The notes under the pieces are model-generated. The model was not told where the DNA came from and searched no databases. It saw only the letters and a list, made by a program, of their open reading frames with translations. 38,511 nucleotides of DNA, from assembly GCA_964385005.1 (NCBI GenBank), contig CAYLMF010000005.1, positions 1-38,511 on the forward strand. The letters run 5' to 3'. A program made the position numbers and the translations under genes. Below, piece by piece: positions 1-8,180 of the stretch. This DNA comes from an uncultured Bdellovibrionales bacterium (GTDB lineage Bacteria > Patescibacteriota > Minisyncoccia > Moranbacterales > UBA1568). The first letter of the stretch is position 1; each line of letters begins with the position of its first letter.

Positions 1-1074
1 ATCCTGAGTACCACCCAAAGCCAAATACTCAGCCGTAAGATCTTTATAACTCTGCTCTGCTCGACTAAGCGTATTCACTGCATCACTGAGACGTTTCTCT
101 AATTTTGTCAGAAAAGCGCCTGTTTCAGGCTGCTGTTTTTCTTTCCGTGTTTGTTTTTCAGCTTCTATTCGAGCTTCTAGTGTCTCTTTTTGTGCTCGAG
201 CTTTGGCCGCATCACCTGAACTCCGCATAATTTTATTCCCTATCGCTTCTTTGCGCTCCTCCTTTTCTTTTTCCGTTCGCTTAAGACGAGCAATTTCTCT
301 GAGCATCGCTGGACGTTCTTTTACTGGAGCTGTCTTGATATTTTCTACCAAAGCTACAAGCTTTTGCTCATCTGTCAGTGGTTCGCTTAGCTGCTCTACT
401 TCAGAAGCTTCTTTTTCTTCATCAAATGGATTTCCTGCTTGTTCTGATGGCTTATCTACAGGTACCTCTTCTACTTGAGGGACAGCAGCCTGTAGAGACT
501 CTTCTTCTGATGGGCCTCCTAGCGCAGACACATCATCCACAGTAGACACCCGTGACTGACGTTCTATGATATCGCTATGCAAAATAGCCCTCACATGAGC
601 TGGTGTATTTGGATCTTCTGCTCGACTAATGAGAGCACTCAAGTCTTCCTCTTGATGGGGAGCAAAATTAGCCGGTTTATCTACGGGCACTTTGACAGGC
701 GCAGATTCTCCTATTTTTACAGTCATGCTCGTTGGCTTGACTATTGGCTGAGAGGTGGCGCCAACTGAAGATTCTGGCATTGTAGGTTTAATATGAAAAG
801 CACTACTGTGTAAGACCTGCGGCTTAGACATCGCTGCGTCTAGCGATGGCGACTTTGCTTCAAAATTAGAAAAAGTCACCACTGCTGAAGCTACTTTTGG
901 TTTTTGGCTCTTCAAAGCAAGTCCACCCTCACCTGCTACGCGTGCCTGAGTGGTCTCAAAAAAAGTAATTCTTTCGTCAGAAGGATGTGGTATAGTTCCT
1001 GGTTTTTCTGCCGGTTTTTCCTCTGGTTTTTTGGCTGAAGGATGTTCGCCTCCAAAAAGTTTTGAGAAGTTCAT
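1..1074 (-). CDS. hypothetical protein, partial (start codon in window, C-terminus off the left edge); Pro/Glu/Lys-rich low-complexity N-region followed by a charged, probably coiled-coil region
   Basis: Manual minus-strand translation from ATG at 1072-1074 gives 358 uninterrupted codons to base 1 (MNFSKLFGGEHPSAKKPEEKPAEKPG ... KDLTAEYLALGGTQD). It is absent from the ORF track because no stop lies in the window. The + ORFs 203..478 and 577..768 are antisense shadows. Confidence 0.6.
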   Translation of the reverse strand, partial: MNFSKLFGGEHPSAKKPEEKPAEKPGTIPHPSDERITFFETTQARVAGEGGLALKSQKPKVASAVVTFSNFEAKSPSLDAAMSKPQVLHSSAFHIKPTMPESSVGATSQPIVKPTSMTVKIGESAPVKVPVDKPANFAPHQEEDLSALISRAEDPNTPAHVRAILHSDIIERQSRVSTVDDVSALGGPSEEESLQAAVPQVEEVPVDKPSEQAGNPFDEEKEASEVEQLSEPLTDEQKLVALVENIKTAPVKERPAMLREIARLKRTEKEKEERKEAIGNKIMRSSGDAAKARAQKETLEARIEAEKQTRKEKQQPETGAFLTKLEKRLSDAVNTLSRAEQSYKDLTAEYLALGGTQD

Positions 1075-1117
1075 TGTCGCTTTCCGTTTGTTTTGATTTC
1101 AAGTATAATAATGAGTG

Positions 1118-1144
1118 TTGATAGCAAATAAAATCTGCTATCAA
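1118..1144. promoter_or_regulatory. perfect 9-bp inverted repeat (TTGATAGCA-n9-TGCTATCAA) in the divergent intergenic region; candidate operator site
   Basis: Read directly: ttgatagca aataaaatc tgctatcaa. It lies between the divergently oriented starts at 1074 (-) and 1332 (+), next to a TATAAT hexamer at 1104-1109. Confidence 0.3.
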
Positions 1145-1331
1145 TTACTCTAAAAGAGTACTTGCTCATTTTTACCAGCGCTTCGTTCAGAAAAGAAAAG
1201 TCATTTTCTTTATCACTCACTCCGCTTGGTAATAATACCATAAAAGAGAAAAAAATTCTTCTACTCTTTCTCTTTATACAGCTAAAAGAAAAATTAAAAT
1301 AACACTCTCAGTTTTCTGAGAAAAACCACAT

Positions 1332-2921
1332 ATGCAACCTCATCGTAAACTCGTATGGATTGGTCTTCTCTGTATCATTCTTCTGGCTCTTTTTGTTCGT
1401 AGCTACAATATTTCTAGCATCCCAAGCGGACTCTACCCCGATGAAGCAGTCAATGCTATCGATGCCCTTAGCGCCATCGAAAGTGGTGATTACAAACTCT
1501 TTTATCCCAACAATTACGGTCGTGAGGGCCTCTTTATCAATCTGCAAGCCCTTGCCCTTAAGTTCTTTGGCTATACCGTAGCAGCCCTTAAATTTTGGTC
1601 TATTGTTTTTGGTACCCTCACCGTACTCGGAATCTACCTCCTTGGTAAAGAAATTCTTCATCGTCGAGGTGCAGCTCTTTTGAGCGCTTTTTTTATTGCC
1701 ACCTCTTATTGGGCTATCAATTTTTCCCGTATTGGCTTTCGAGCCATTATGACCTCTTTCCTCCTTAGTTTTACCTTTTATTTCTTTTTTCGCGGTATTC
1801 GCACTAAGCGCAGTCTTGACTTTGCTATTGCTGGTGCGCTCCTTGGCCTTGGGCTTCACACCTATATTGCCTTCCGTCTGGTCCCGCTTATTTTTGTCCT
1901 TATCCTACCTTTTCTTATACTCTCATACGAAAACTTCCTCAAACAGTACTGGCGTCATGCTCTTGTCTTTGCTTTTGGAGCCTTCGTAGCGGCATCACCC
2001 ATGCTGTACCACTTCTTTATTGCTCACCCAGAGGACTTCGCTTCGCGCTCTACTGCCGTCTCTGTTTTTTCTCCTGAGGTAAACAAGGGAGACTTTGCTG
2101 GTACGATAAGTAAAACTTTTGGCCTTAGTCTCTTAAAATATAATTTTTGGGGTGATCAAAACTGGCGCCATAACTACCCTCCCTACCCAGTCCTCGATCC
2201 TATCAGTGGCTTTCTTTTCCTTGGCTGTTTCCTTTTTCTTATTGCTCAATCAGTGACACTTATCGGCCGACGCTTCCGTCACCAAGATAGAGATGTCCGT
2301 CTTGTACGTAACACCTTTCTTTTGAGCACCTTCTTTGTCATGCTCATCCCTGAATTTCTCACCGCCGAGGGGCTTCCACATGCTCTCCGTGCTGTTGGTA
2401 CTCAAATTCCTGTCTTTCTTATGGCTGGACTGGGTGGCTTTTGGCTTTATCGTAAAGTGGAGCATTCTCGTACCCAAAGCAAAGCCATCCTTCTCTCTGT
2501 ATTCTTCATAGCTATAGCTATGAGTGCTAGTTTCAATCTTACAAAATACTTTGTTTTCTTTGCAAAAAGCCCGCTTCAAAGAGAGGCTTTCAATGAAGAC
2601 TACACTAATATGGCGAGCTATCTTCTTAGCCTACCTCCTGAAACTAAAAAATACGTTTTTGCTAACGCAGGTGGCACCGACATCGACAACGGCTTACCGG
2701 TTACTGCCGAATCACTCTACTTTCTTACTTACGGAAAAATTGAAAATCTTATTTTCCTCAAACCAGAAACCCCTATCACTTCACCGAGCGTCATCATTCT
2801 TATGCGCTATGACCAAGCACTTGCCGAACGTATCCTCAAAAGACACCCTCAAGCTGAGCTAAAAACCATCTATGCTAACCCTGAATCACCTATTACTTTT
2901 AACGCTATTACCATCCCTTAA
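1332..2921 (+). CDS. GT-C fold membrane glycosyltransferase (PMT/ArnT-like, GT39/GT83 family), polyprenyl-phosphate-sugar dependent
   Basis: 529-aa ORF with many hydrophobic segments. The first-loop motif GLYPDEAVNAIDA (acidic DE motif) is typical of the PMT_2/ArnT family. TAA stop. Confidence 0.85.
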   Translation: MQPHRKLVWIGLLCIILLALFVRSYNISSIPSGLYPDEAVNAIDALSAIESGDYKLFYPNNYGREGLFINLQALALKFFGYTVAALKFWSIVFGTLTVLGIYLLGKEILHRRGAALLSAFFIATSYWAINFSRIGFRAIMTSFLLSFTFYFFFRGIRTKRSLDFAIAGALLGLGLHTYIAFRLVPLIFVLILPFLILSYENFLKQYWRHALVFAFGAFVAASPMLYHFFIAHPEDFASRSTAVSVFSPEVNKGDFAGTISKTFGLSLLKYNFWGDQNWRHNYPPYPVLDPISGFLFLGCFLFLIAQSVTLIGRRFRHQDRDVRLVRNTFLLSTFFVMLIPEFLTAEGLPHALRAVGTQIPVFLMAGLGGFWLYRKVEHSRTQSKAILLSVFFIAIAMSASFNLTKYFVFFAKSPLQREAFNEDYTNMASYLLSLPPETKKYVFANAGGTDIDNGLPVTAESLYFLTYGKIENLIFLKPETPITSPSVIILMRYDQALAERILKRHPQAELKTIYANPESPITFNAITIP

Positions 2922-2962
2922 AAAATCATCATTCTAAACACAACTTATTTAAACAAACGCTT

Positions 2963-4861
2963 ATGGAATTTTTAAAAACACACAGTACAAAAATCGCTAT
3001 CGCTATCCTCATCTTCTTCTTTGGACTCAATCTGGTTGTATCCAACCAAGAAGCTACCACTATGGATGAGCGAGCCCATATACCTTCTGGCTACAGCTAT
3101 GTCCGTTATGGCGATATGCGCCTAAACCCAGAGCATCCACCCCTACTCAAAGATCTCTCTGGTATCCCGCTTCTTTTTCTTAATCTTGACTTCCCACTCC
3201 AATCAGAAGAATGGCAAAATGGAGTCAACGCCCAATGGGTCATGGGTCAAAAATTTATCAGCTGCCTCGTACCAGAGGAAGCCTGTAATGATGCAGATTT
3301 AGTAACCTTCTGGTCTCGTGTGCCTATCGTACTTGTAGCAGTCCTCCTTGGTATCTTTCTTTTTGTGTGGACACGTGAAATTGCTGGCAAAGTAGCCGCT
3401 CTCTTTGCTCTTACTCTCTACGCTTTTGATCCCAATATCATTGCTCATAGTCACTTTGTCACGACTGACATTGGTATCGCTGCTTTCCTCTTCTTTTCAT
3501 TTTACTATTTTACGCGATTCCTCAAAGATCCGAGTCGCCGCAATATTATTATTTCTGGTATCTGGCTTGCCCTTGCCAACCTCGCTAAGTTTTCTGCCGT
3601 TCTCCTCTTTCCTATCTTTGGACTCTTTGTCATTCTCTATGCTTTAAGCGTGACAAAGCCAAGTAATGAAACACTCTCTACTTTCCTTTTCAAACTTAAG
3701 CAGGTTTGGATTTATGGATACAAGTACGCCCTCAGTGTTGCCCTCTGTTTTATTCTCATTTGGATCTTCTACTACCCGCATACTATGAATATGCCTGGTA
3801 TTAAGCTTGTAGAGGTAGCCGAACAGATGTTTCCTGACAAACAACTCGGGCCATTCGCTAAAGATGTTATTAAGGCAACCTATGACAATTCCTTTCTCAA
3901 GCCTTTCTCTGCCTATCTTCTTGGTGTTTTCATGGTCTTTGGTCGTGTAGCTGGTGGTAATACCTATTATTTCCTCGGCCAAGTCTCCAACCAAGCATCT
4001 CCCTGGTATTTCCCTATTGTCTTTATACTCAAAGAAACGCTTCTGTTCCTCTTCCTTCTTGTGAGTACAACACTCTACAGTCTCTATCGTATAGCGAAGC
4101 ACTTCCGTGAAGAAAAAGTGTCTAGCCTTAGTCAGCTTGGCACCGTCCTTGCGAACTCACTCAAGAGAAAAACTGTTCAGTATGTAGGTATATTCTTTGT
4201 TCTCTTCTACAGCTTTGTCAGTATCACCGGTAACCTTAATATCGGATTCCGTCACCTCTTCCCAATTCTTCCGTTCCTCTACATGTTTATTGCCAAGGTT
4301 GTCTTTGATATTATCAAGCGTCAGGAAGATCAAATTACCCAGCGCATTAGCTATACGGTACTTGCTATCTTCACCTTCTTTATTGTTATGACACCGTTCC
4401 TCTCATACCCTCACTACGTCTCTTACTTCAACGGGGCTTTTGGAGGACATACCAATGGCTACAAGTATGTCACTGACTCAAACTACGACTGGGGTCAAGA
4501 TCTCAAGCGTCTCAAAAATTTTGTGGATACCCACAATCGTTGCGCGGCTGGTCAGGCCATTTCGGGTGATGACTGCAGCCTTACTGTAGGCCTTCCTCCT
4601 ATCGATAAAATCCGTATCGATTACTTTGGAGGTGCTACACCTGAGTACTACTTCGGAGACAAGATGATTACTTGGCACGCCCCTACTCCAAAAGAGCCCG
4701 GTTGGTATGCGATTTCCATTGGCTTCATGCAAGAAAACCTGAGCAATCATGTAGGCTACAAAGAAGATAGCTATGACTGGCTTGCAAAGTATCAACCAGT
4801 CACTCGCACTGGAGATACTCTCTTTGTCTACTATGTTCCGGACTTTACTGAAAACAAATAG
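2963..4861 (+). CDS. GT-C fold membrane glycosyltransferase (PMT/ArnT-like) with a large C-terminal extracytoplasmic domain
   Basis: 632-aa polytopic ORF. Motifs TMDERAHIPSGYSY and PEHPPLLKDLSG match the first loop of phospholipid-carrier-dependent glycosyltransferases. The C-terminal roughly 150 aa are soluble-looking and contain a Cys pair (CAAGQAISGDDC). Confidence 0.85.
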   Translation: MEFLKTHSTKIAIAILIFFFGLNLVVSNQEATTMDERAHIPSGYSYVRYGDMRLNPEHPPLLKDLSGIPLLFLNLDFPLQSEEWQNGVNAQWVMGQKFISCLVPEEACNDADLVTFWSRVPIVLVAVLLGIFLFVWTREIAGKVAALFALTLYAFDPNIIAHSHFVTTDIGIAAFLFFSFYYFTRFLKDPSRRNIIISGIWLALANLAKFSAVLLFPIFGLFVILYALSVTKPSNETLSTFLFKLKQVWIYGYKYALSVALCFILIWIFYYPHTMNMPGIKLVEVAEQMFPDKQLGPFAKDVIKATYDNSFLKPFSAYLLGVFMVFGRVAGGNTYYFLGQVSNQASPWYFPIVFILKETLLFLFLLVSTTLYSLYRIAKHFREEKVSSLSQLGTVLANSLKRKTVQYVGIFFVLFYSFVSITGNLNIGFRHLFPILPFLYMFIAKVVFDIIKRQEDQITQRISYTVLAIFTFFIVMTPFLSYPHYVSYFNGAFGGHTNGYKYVTDSNYDWGQDLKRLKNFVDTHNRCAAGQAISGDDCSLTVGLPPIDKIRIDYFGGATPEYYFGDKMITWHAPTPKEPGWYAISIGFMQENLSNHVGYKEDSYDWLAKYQPVTRTGDTLFVYYVPDFTENK

Positions 4862-4876
4862 GTATCACACAAAATA

Positions 4877-4904
4877 TAAAAGGCGCCTTATTGAGGCGCC
4901 TTTT
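4877..4904. terminator. bidirectional rho-independent terminator between convergent genes
   Basis: aaaaggcgcc-ttattga-ggcgcctttt is a perfect GC-rich stem flanked by an A-run and a T-run. It sits between the stop of the + gene (4861) and the stop of the - gene (4909). Confidence 0.8.
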
Positions 4905-4908
4905 ATAT

Positions 4909-5898
4909 TTATTCACTCTTCTTTGTTTTGTTATCTTTTTTTTCAGTAGATTGTTTGACAGAGGAATCGTTCACAGTGTCCTCTTTCTTTTCTTGGTCCG
5001 TTTTCACTTCCTCTGCTGCATCTTCTGGATTACTATTTTTTAAAGCATAATATATGCGATTTTCTGTACGTAAATCAATGCTCTTTAACTCACCTTGTCT
5101 CTCTAAAGAAAATTCCTGATCAAAAAAAAGATGTAGGAACTTCATATTCTGATGAGGATCAAAGCGCATACTTAAAAGTAACTCATACCCTGTCTCCGTA
5201 CTAAAACGCACTTCATCAGAAAAGCGTGAAGCCGATGTAGCTTCGTTTTTGACAGCAATGCCAAATTCTTCTTGTAGAAGCTGTACATTTTCTCTAAAAT
5301 ACTCAACAAAAGGATAGTCAAAAATTTTCTCTCCAAGAGTAACTGGCAACCCTCCTGTGTCGACTATAGTATACAAAGGAAGGTTTCCTTTTTTATCTGG
5401 GACATTCGCTCCCTCAGCCGCTACACTGTCATTCCGAACAAGTGAGCATGGTCCTCGACTACACCACAAGACAGCAATCTGTCTTTCTTCTATAAAGATA
5501 TTTACCTTATTTGGAAATTCTTTTTCTACGCGGACATTTTCAATGGCCGGCAATTCTTGCTGGAGACGATTCCTAAGGGCTCCTGTACGAAATAAAAAGA
5601 AGTTTTGGCGCTTCAGCACAAAGCCAAAGACACCCTCTCTTTCTTCAGCAAAATACTTTTCTACATCAGATTGAGTCACCCTTGAATTGCCCTCTACATG
5701 CAGAACCTCTACATTCATTACCGGAGAAAATAGAAGCATATACACAAAAGTTCCCACAAAACAAAACCAGAGAAAAAGCGCTAGCCATGGGAAGCTTTTC
5801 TTATGACTTGTGACCACTTCCCCTCTTTTTACTTTTTTTAGCTGATGTTTCGGAAGATAGAGGTCTTCTCGAAAGACTTGTCTTTTTTTACCAAGCAT
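4909..5898 (-). CDS. ftsQ: cell division protein FtsQ/DivIB-like (TM helix + POTRA domain) with a Lys/Glu-rich C-terminal tail
   Basis: Single TM helix (WLALFLWFCFVGTFVYMLLF), then VEVLHVEGNSRVTQSDVEKYF ... ENVRVEKEFPNKVNIFIEERQIAVLW, the typical FtsQ POTRA pattern. Confidence 0.7.
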   Translation of the reverse strand: MLGKKRQVFREDLYLPKHQLKKVKRGEVVTSHKKSFPWLALFLWFCFVGTFVYMLLFSPVMNVEVLHVEGNSRVTQSDVEKYFAEEREGVFGFVLKRQNFFLFRTGALRNRLQQELPAIENVRVEKEFPNKVNIFIEERQIAVLWCSRGPCSLVRNDSVAAEGANVPDKKGNLPLYTIVDTGGLPVTLGEKIFDYPFVEYFRENVQLLQEEFGIAVKNEATSASRFSDEVRFSTETGYELLLSMRFDPHQNMKFLHLFFDQEFSLERQGELKSIDLRTENRIYYALKNSNPEDAAEEVKTDQEKKEDTVNDSSVKQSTEKKDNKTKKSE

Positions 5899-5902
5899 AC
5901 AA

Positions 5903-6805
5903 TTATCGCAAAGAAAGAAATAAATGCTCCAAAGTCATCCTTGGCTGTACATCAGCACGTTTAAGCTCAAAGAGGGTTTCTTGGATAGATGCTACGAGTA
6001 CTAAATGTCGTGCTTGATTATCTGCCGATAGATTCTTGGCCTTCTGATATAATCCTGGAATAAACCACTCAAGTAGTTGAATACTACTTGGTACATCCAA
6101 AGCAAGCTCCTCTGCTAAAGCCAACCTCTCTCGTAAAGAAAGAGAAGATAAGCGAAAAAGCTTCGTCAGCAGTTCTTTTTTCTTTAAAAAACGCTTCGGA
6201 TTTTCTTTGGCCTGAAATATAATACCTGGTCGACCTAACTGAAAAAAGAAATCCGGTATATCAGCGCTCACTTCTAAGCCCAGTGATTCCCCTTCTTTTT
6301 TGAGTGTTTCCTCTGGTACAAAACGAAAACGTACTTCTTCTAAACGAGAACAAAGTGTTTCGAGTAACCCTCCTCTTTCATGAGTAACAAAGATGACAAT
6401 AGCCGTAGCGTCTGGTTCTTCGCTAAATTTCAAAAGAAGGTTTTGAGAAGCCTGTGTTAAAAGATGAGCATCCCTTACTATAAGTACTTTATACTGGCCT
6501 ATTCCAGGAGAGGTCTTGAGAATACGAAGCTCTTCTTTGACTGAAAGGACACCGAGTGTCTTTTTTCGAGTTACTCCTCTTCTGACTACCATTTCTGGCT
6601 CTAAGATACGTACATCTAGTGGTGTTGGCTTATCCCCTGATGGCCTAAAATCAGATTCACCCACCAGCATACAGGCAAACTGAAAAGCTATACATTCTTT
6701 GCCGATGCTTTCTGGTCCCAAAAAAAGATAACTCTGAGAAATATTTTTTCGTTGCAAAATACTCTCTAGATACTTTCGCTCTTTGGTGTGCCCAATAATA
6801 TTCAT
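5903..6805 (-). CDS. holB: DNA polymerase III delta-prime subunit
   Basis: N-terminus IIGHTKERKYLESILQRKNISQSYLFLGPESIGK (degenerate P-loop) and the LIVRDAHLLTQASQNLLLKFSEEP box are typical of HolB. Confidence 0.8.
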   Translation of the reverse strand: MNIIGHTKERKYLESILQRKNISQSYLFLGPESIGKECIAFQFACMLVGESDFRPSGDKPTPLDVRILEPEMVVRRGVTRKKTLGVLSVKEELRILKTSPGIGQYKVLIVRDAHLLTQASQNLLLKFSEEPDATAIVIFVTHERGGLLETLCSRLEEVRFRFVPEETLKKEGESLGLEVSADIPDFFFQLGRPGIIFQAKENPKRFLKKKELLTKLFRLSSLSLRERLALAEELALDVPSSIQLLEWFIPGLYQKAKNLSADNQARHLVLVASIQETLFELKRADVQPRMTLEHLFLSLR

Positions 6806-6809
6806 AGCC

Positions 6810-7919
6810 TTACTCTACTAATGCCAGTTTTAGATTTTCAAGAAATTGCTGCTCACTAAATTCCTGCGCTCGTATCTGAAGAAGCGCTCTGTCAAAATTC
6901 TTTTCCTGCTCGCGAAAACGCATGAGTGCTTCGGCAAGGACTTCTGCCATTGGTTCACGAAAAAAAATACCGTGGATATTTTCAGTTACAATTTCTTGTA
7001 CTCCACCCCTCCCATAAGCAATGACCGGTGTCCCATACGTCAGTGATTCCACTGCTACCATACCAAAGTCTTCTTCGGAAGGGACAATAAGCGCCCTTGC
7101 CCCTTGATAGAGAACGCCGAGTTCTTCATCGGAAACGCGACCTATGAAACTAGTTTTTTTACTGGCTAATTTACGCAGGTTTTTTTCTTCCTTGCCTGTC
7201 CCGACAATTTTAAGTTCAAGCCCCAACTTATTGGCTGCCTCTATGGCCAGGTCAATTTTCTTAGCCTTGGTTAGTCGAGAAACTACTAAGAAATATTCTC
7301 GCTTTTTTTCAACATCAAGACCAGGCAGGTCTCCTATAAATGCTCCAGGGTACACCACCTGACTGTCTTTACGGTAGTATTTAGCAATTCTTCTTTGGGT
7401 AAAACGTGAATTGGCAAGCAAAACATCTGGTCGATCAGCTGCCTGAAAGTCCCACACACGCAAATAAGAAAGAGTGAAGCGTCCAAGAATTCGAAAAACA
7501 AAAGAAAGGTCTAGGTCTTTCATATATTCTTTGTGCTTATCCCAAGCAAAGCGCATCGGGGAATGCAGATAGGCTACGTGTCGAGTATGAAGACGGGTTA
7601 CGAGACCCTTACTCCATGCACCTGAAGACGATATCACAAGATCATACTCGCGAAGATCAAAAGACTCTATAGCAGCTGGATAGAGGAGCAGGAGAAGCTT
7701 GGGATGATTGCGAAAAAAGCTAGGCAGTTTGGCTAGCCATGAGGTATGGATATCGGCACCTGGAAAATACCGTTCGACAAGCTCACAGTCTGCGAGTAAG
7801 GTAAAAACGGGAGCCTCTGGATAGAGCTTCCGCATACTCATAAGCACTCTTTCTGCTCCGCCATAGGAAGTCAGGAAATCATGTACTAAAGCCACTTTTT
7901 GAGGTTTCTTTTCAGTCAT
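6810..7919 (-). CDS. glycosyltransferase family 4 (GT-B fold)
   Basis: KVALVHDFLTSYGGAERV at the N-terminus and the C-terminal EX7E-type motif PSEEDFGMVAVESLTYGTPVIA. Confidence 0.85.
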   Translation of the reverse strand: MTEKKPQKVALVHDFLTSYGGAERVLMSMRKLYPEAPVFTLLADCELVERYFPGADIHTSWLAKLPSFFRNHPKLLLLLYPAAIESFDLREYDLVISSSGAWSKGLVTRLHTRHVAYLHSPMRFAWDKHKEYMKDLDLSFVFRILGRFTLSYLRVWDFQAADRPDVLLANSRFTQRRIAKYYRKDSQVVYPGAFIGDLPGLDVEKKREYFLVVSRLTKAKKIDLAIEAANKLGLELKIVGTGKEEKNLRKLASKKTSFIGRVSDEELGVLYQGARALIVPSEEDFGMVAVESLTYGTPVIAYGRGGVQEIVTENIHGIFFREPMAEVLAEALMRFREQEKNFDRALLQIRAQEFSEQQFLENLKLALVE

Positions 7920-7925
7920 AGTGTC

Positions 7926-7955
7926 ATTATAGCATGTACAGAGTCCTTGATTTAA
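7926..7955 (-). promoter_or_regulatory. candidate sigma70-type promoter with extended -10, predicting a leaderless mRNA for the GT4 gene
   Basis: Minus strand reads TTAAAT-n18-(TGc)TATAAT-gacact-ATG. The -10 ends 6 nt before the start codon at 7919, so transcription would begin at or next to the ATG. Confidence 0.3.
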
Positions 7956-8036
7956 GGGATTAATTCAAACTTCTAGATTTTGGTAGAATTTCCTTTTTCT
8001 TTAACACAGGATTACCAGAAAAATCTTCTTGGGAAA

Positions 8037-8180
8037 TTTAGGTAACCAAAATACTTTCTGAGACCGCTATTTCTTGAGCGAGCATGGTCTGTGAGTGTAT
8101 CGAACAGGAGCGAAAGAAATAAGAATGATTTTCTCGCTGGGAAAATCATGTGTCAAAGAAGATATTTTGGACTACCTAAA
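8037..8180. repeat. 144-bp element bounded by imperfect 18/19-bp terminal inverted repeats (MITE-like or long-stem structured RNA)
   Basis: Left end is tttaggta-a-ccaaaata (8037-8053). The right end reverse-complemented is tttaggta-gt-ccaaaata (8163-8180), giving 8+8 paired bases. Internal hairpin gattttc-tcgctgg-gaaaatc at 8128-8147. The element abuts the stop codon of gene 8181..9332. Confidence 0.4.

Noticed and set aside
1308-1859. 183-aa minus-strand ORF overlapping the start of the first GT-C gene.
   Set aside because: It is antisense to a well-supported membrane glycosyltransferase ORF and is a Lys-rich shadow translation. The true minus-strand gene in this area starts at 1074.
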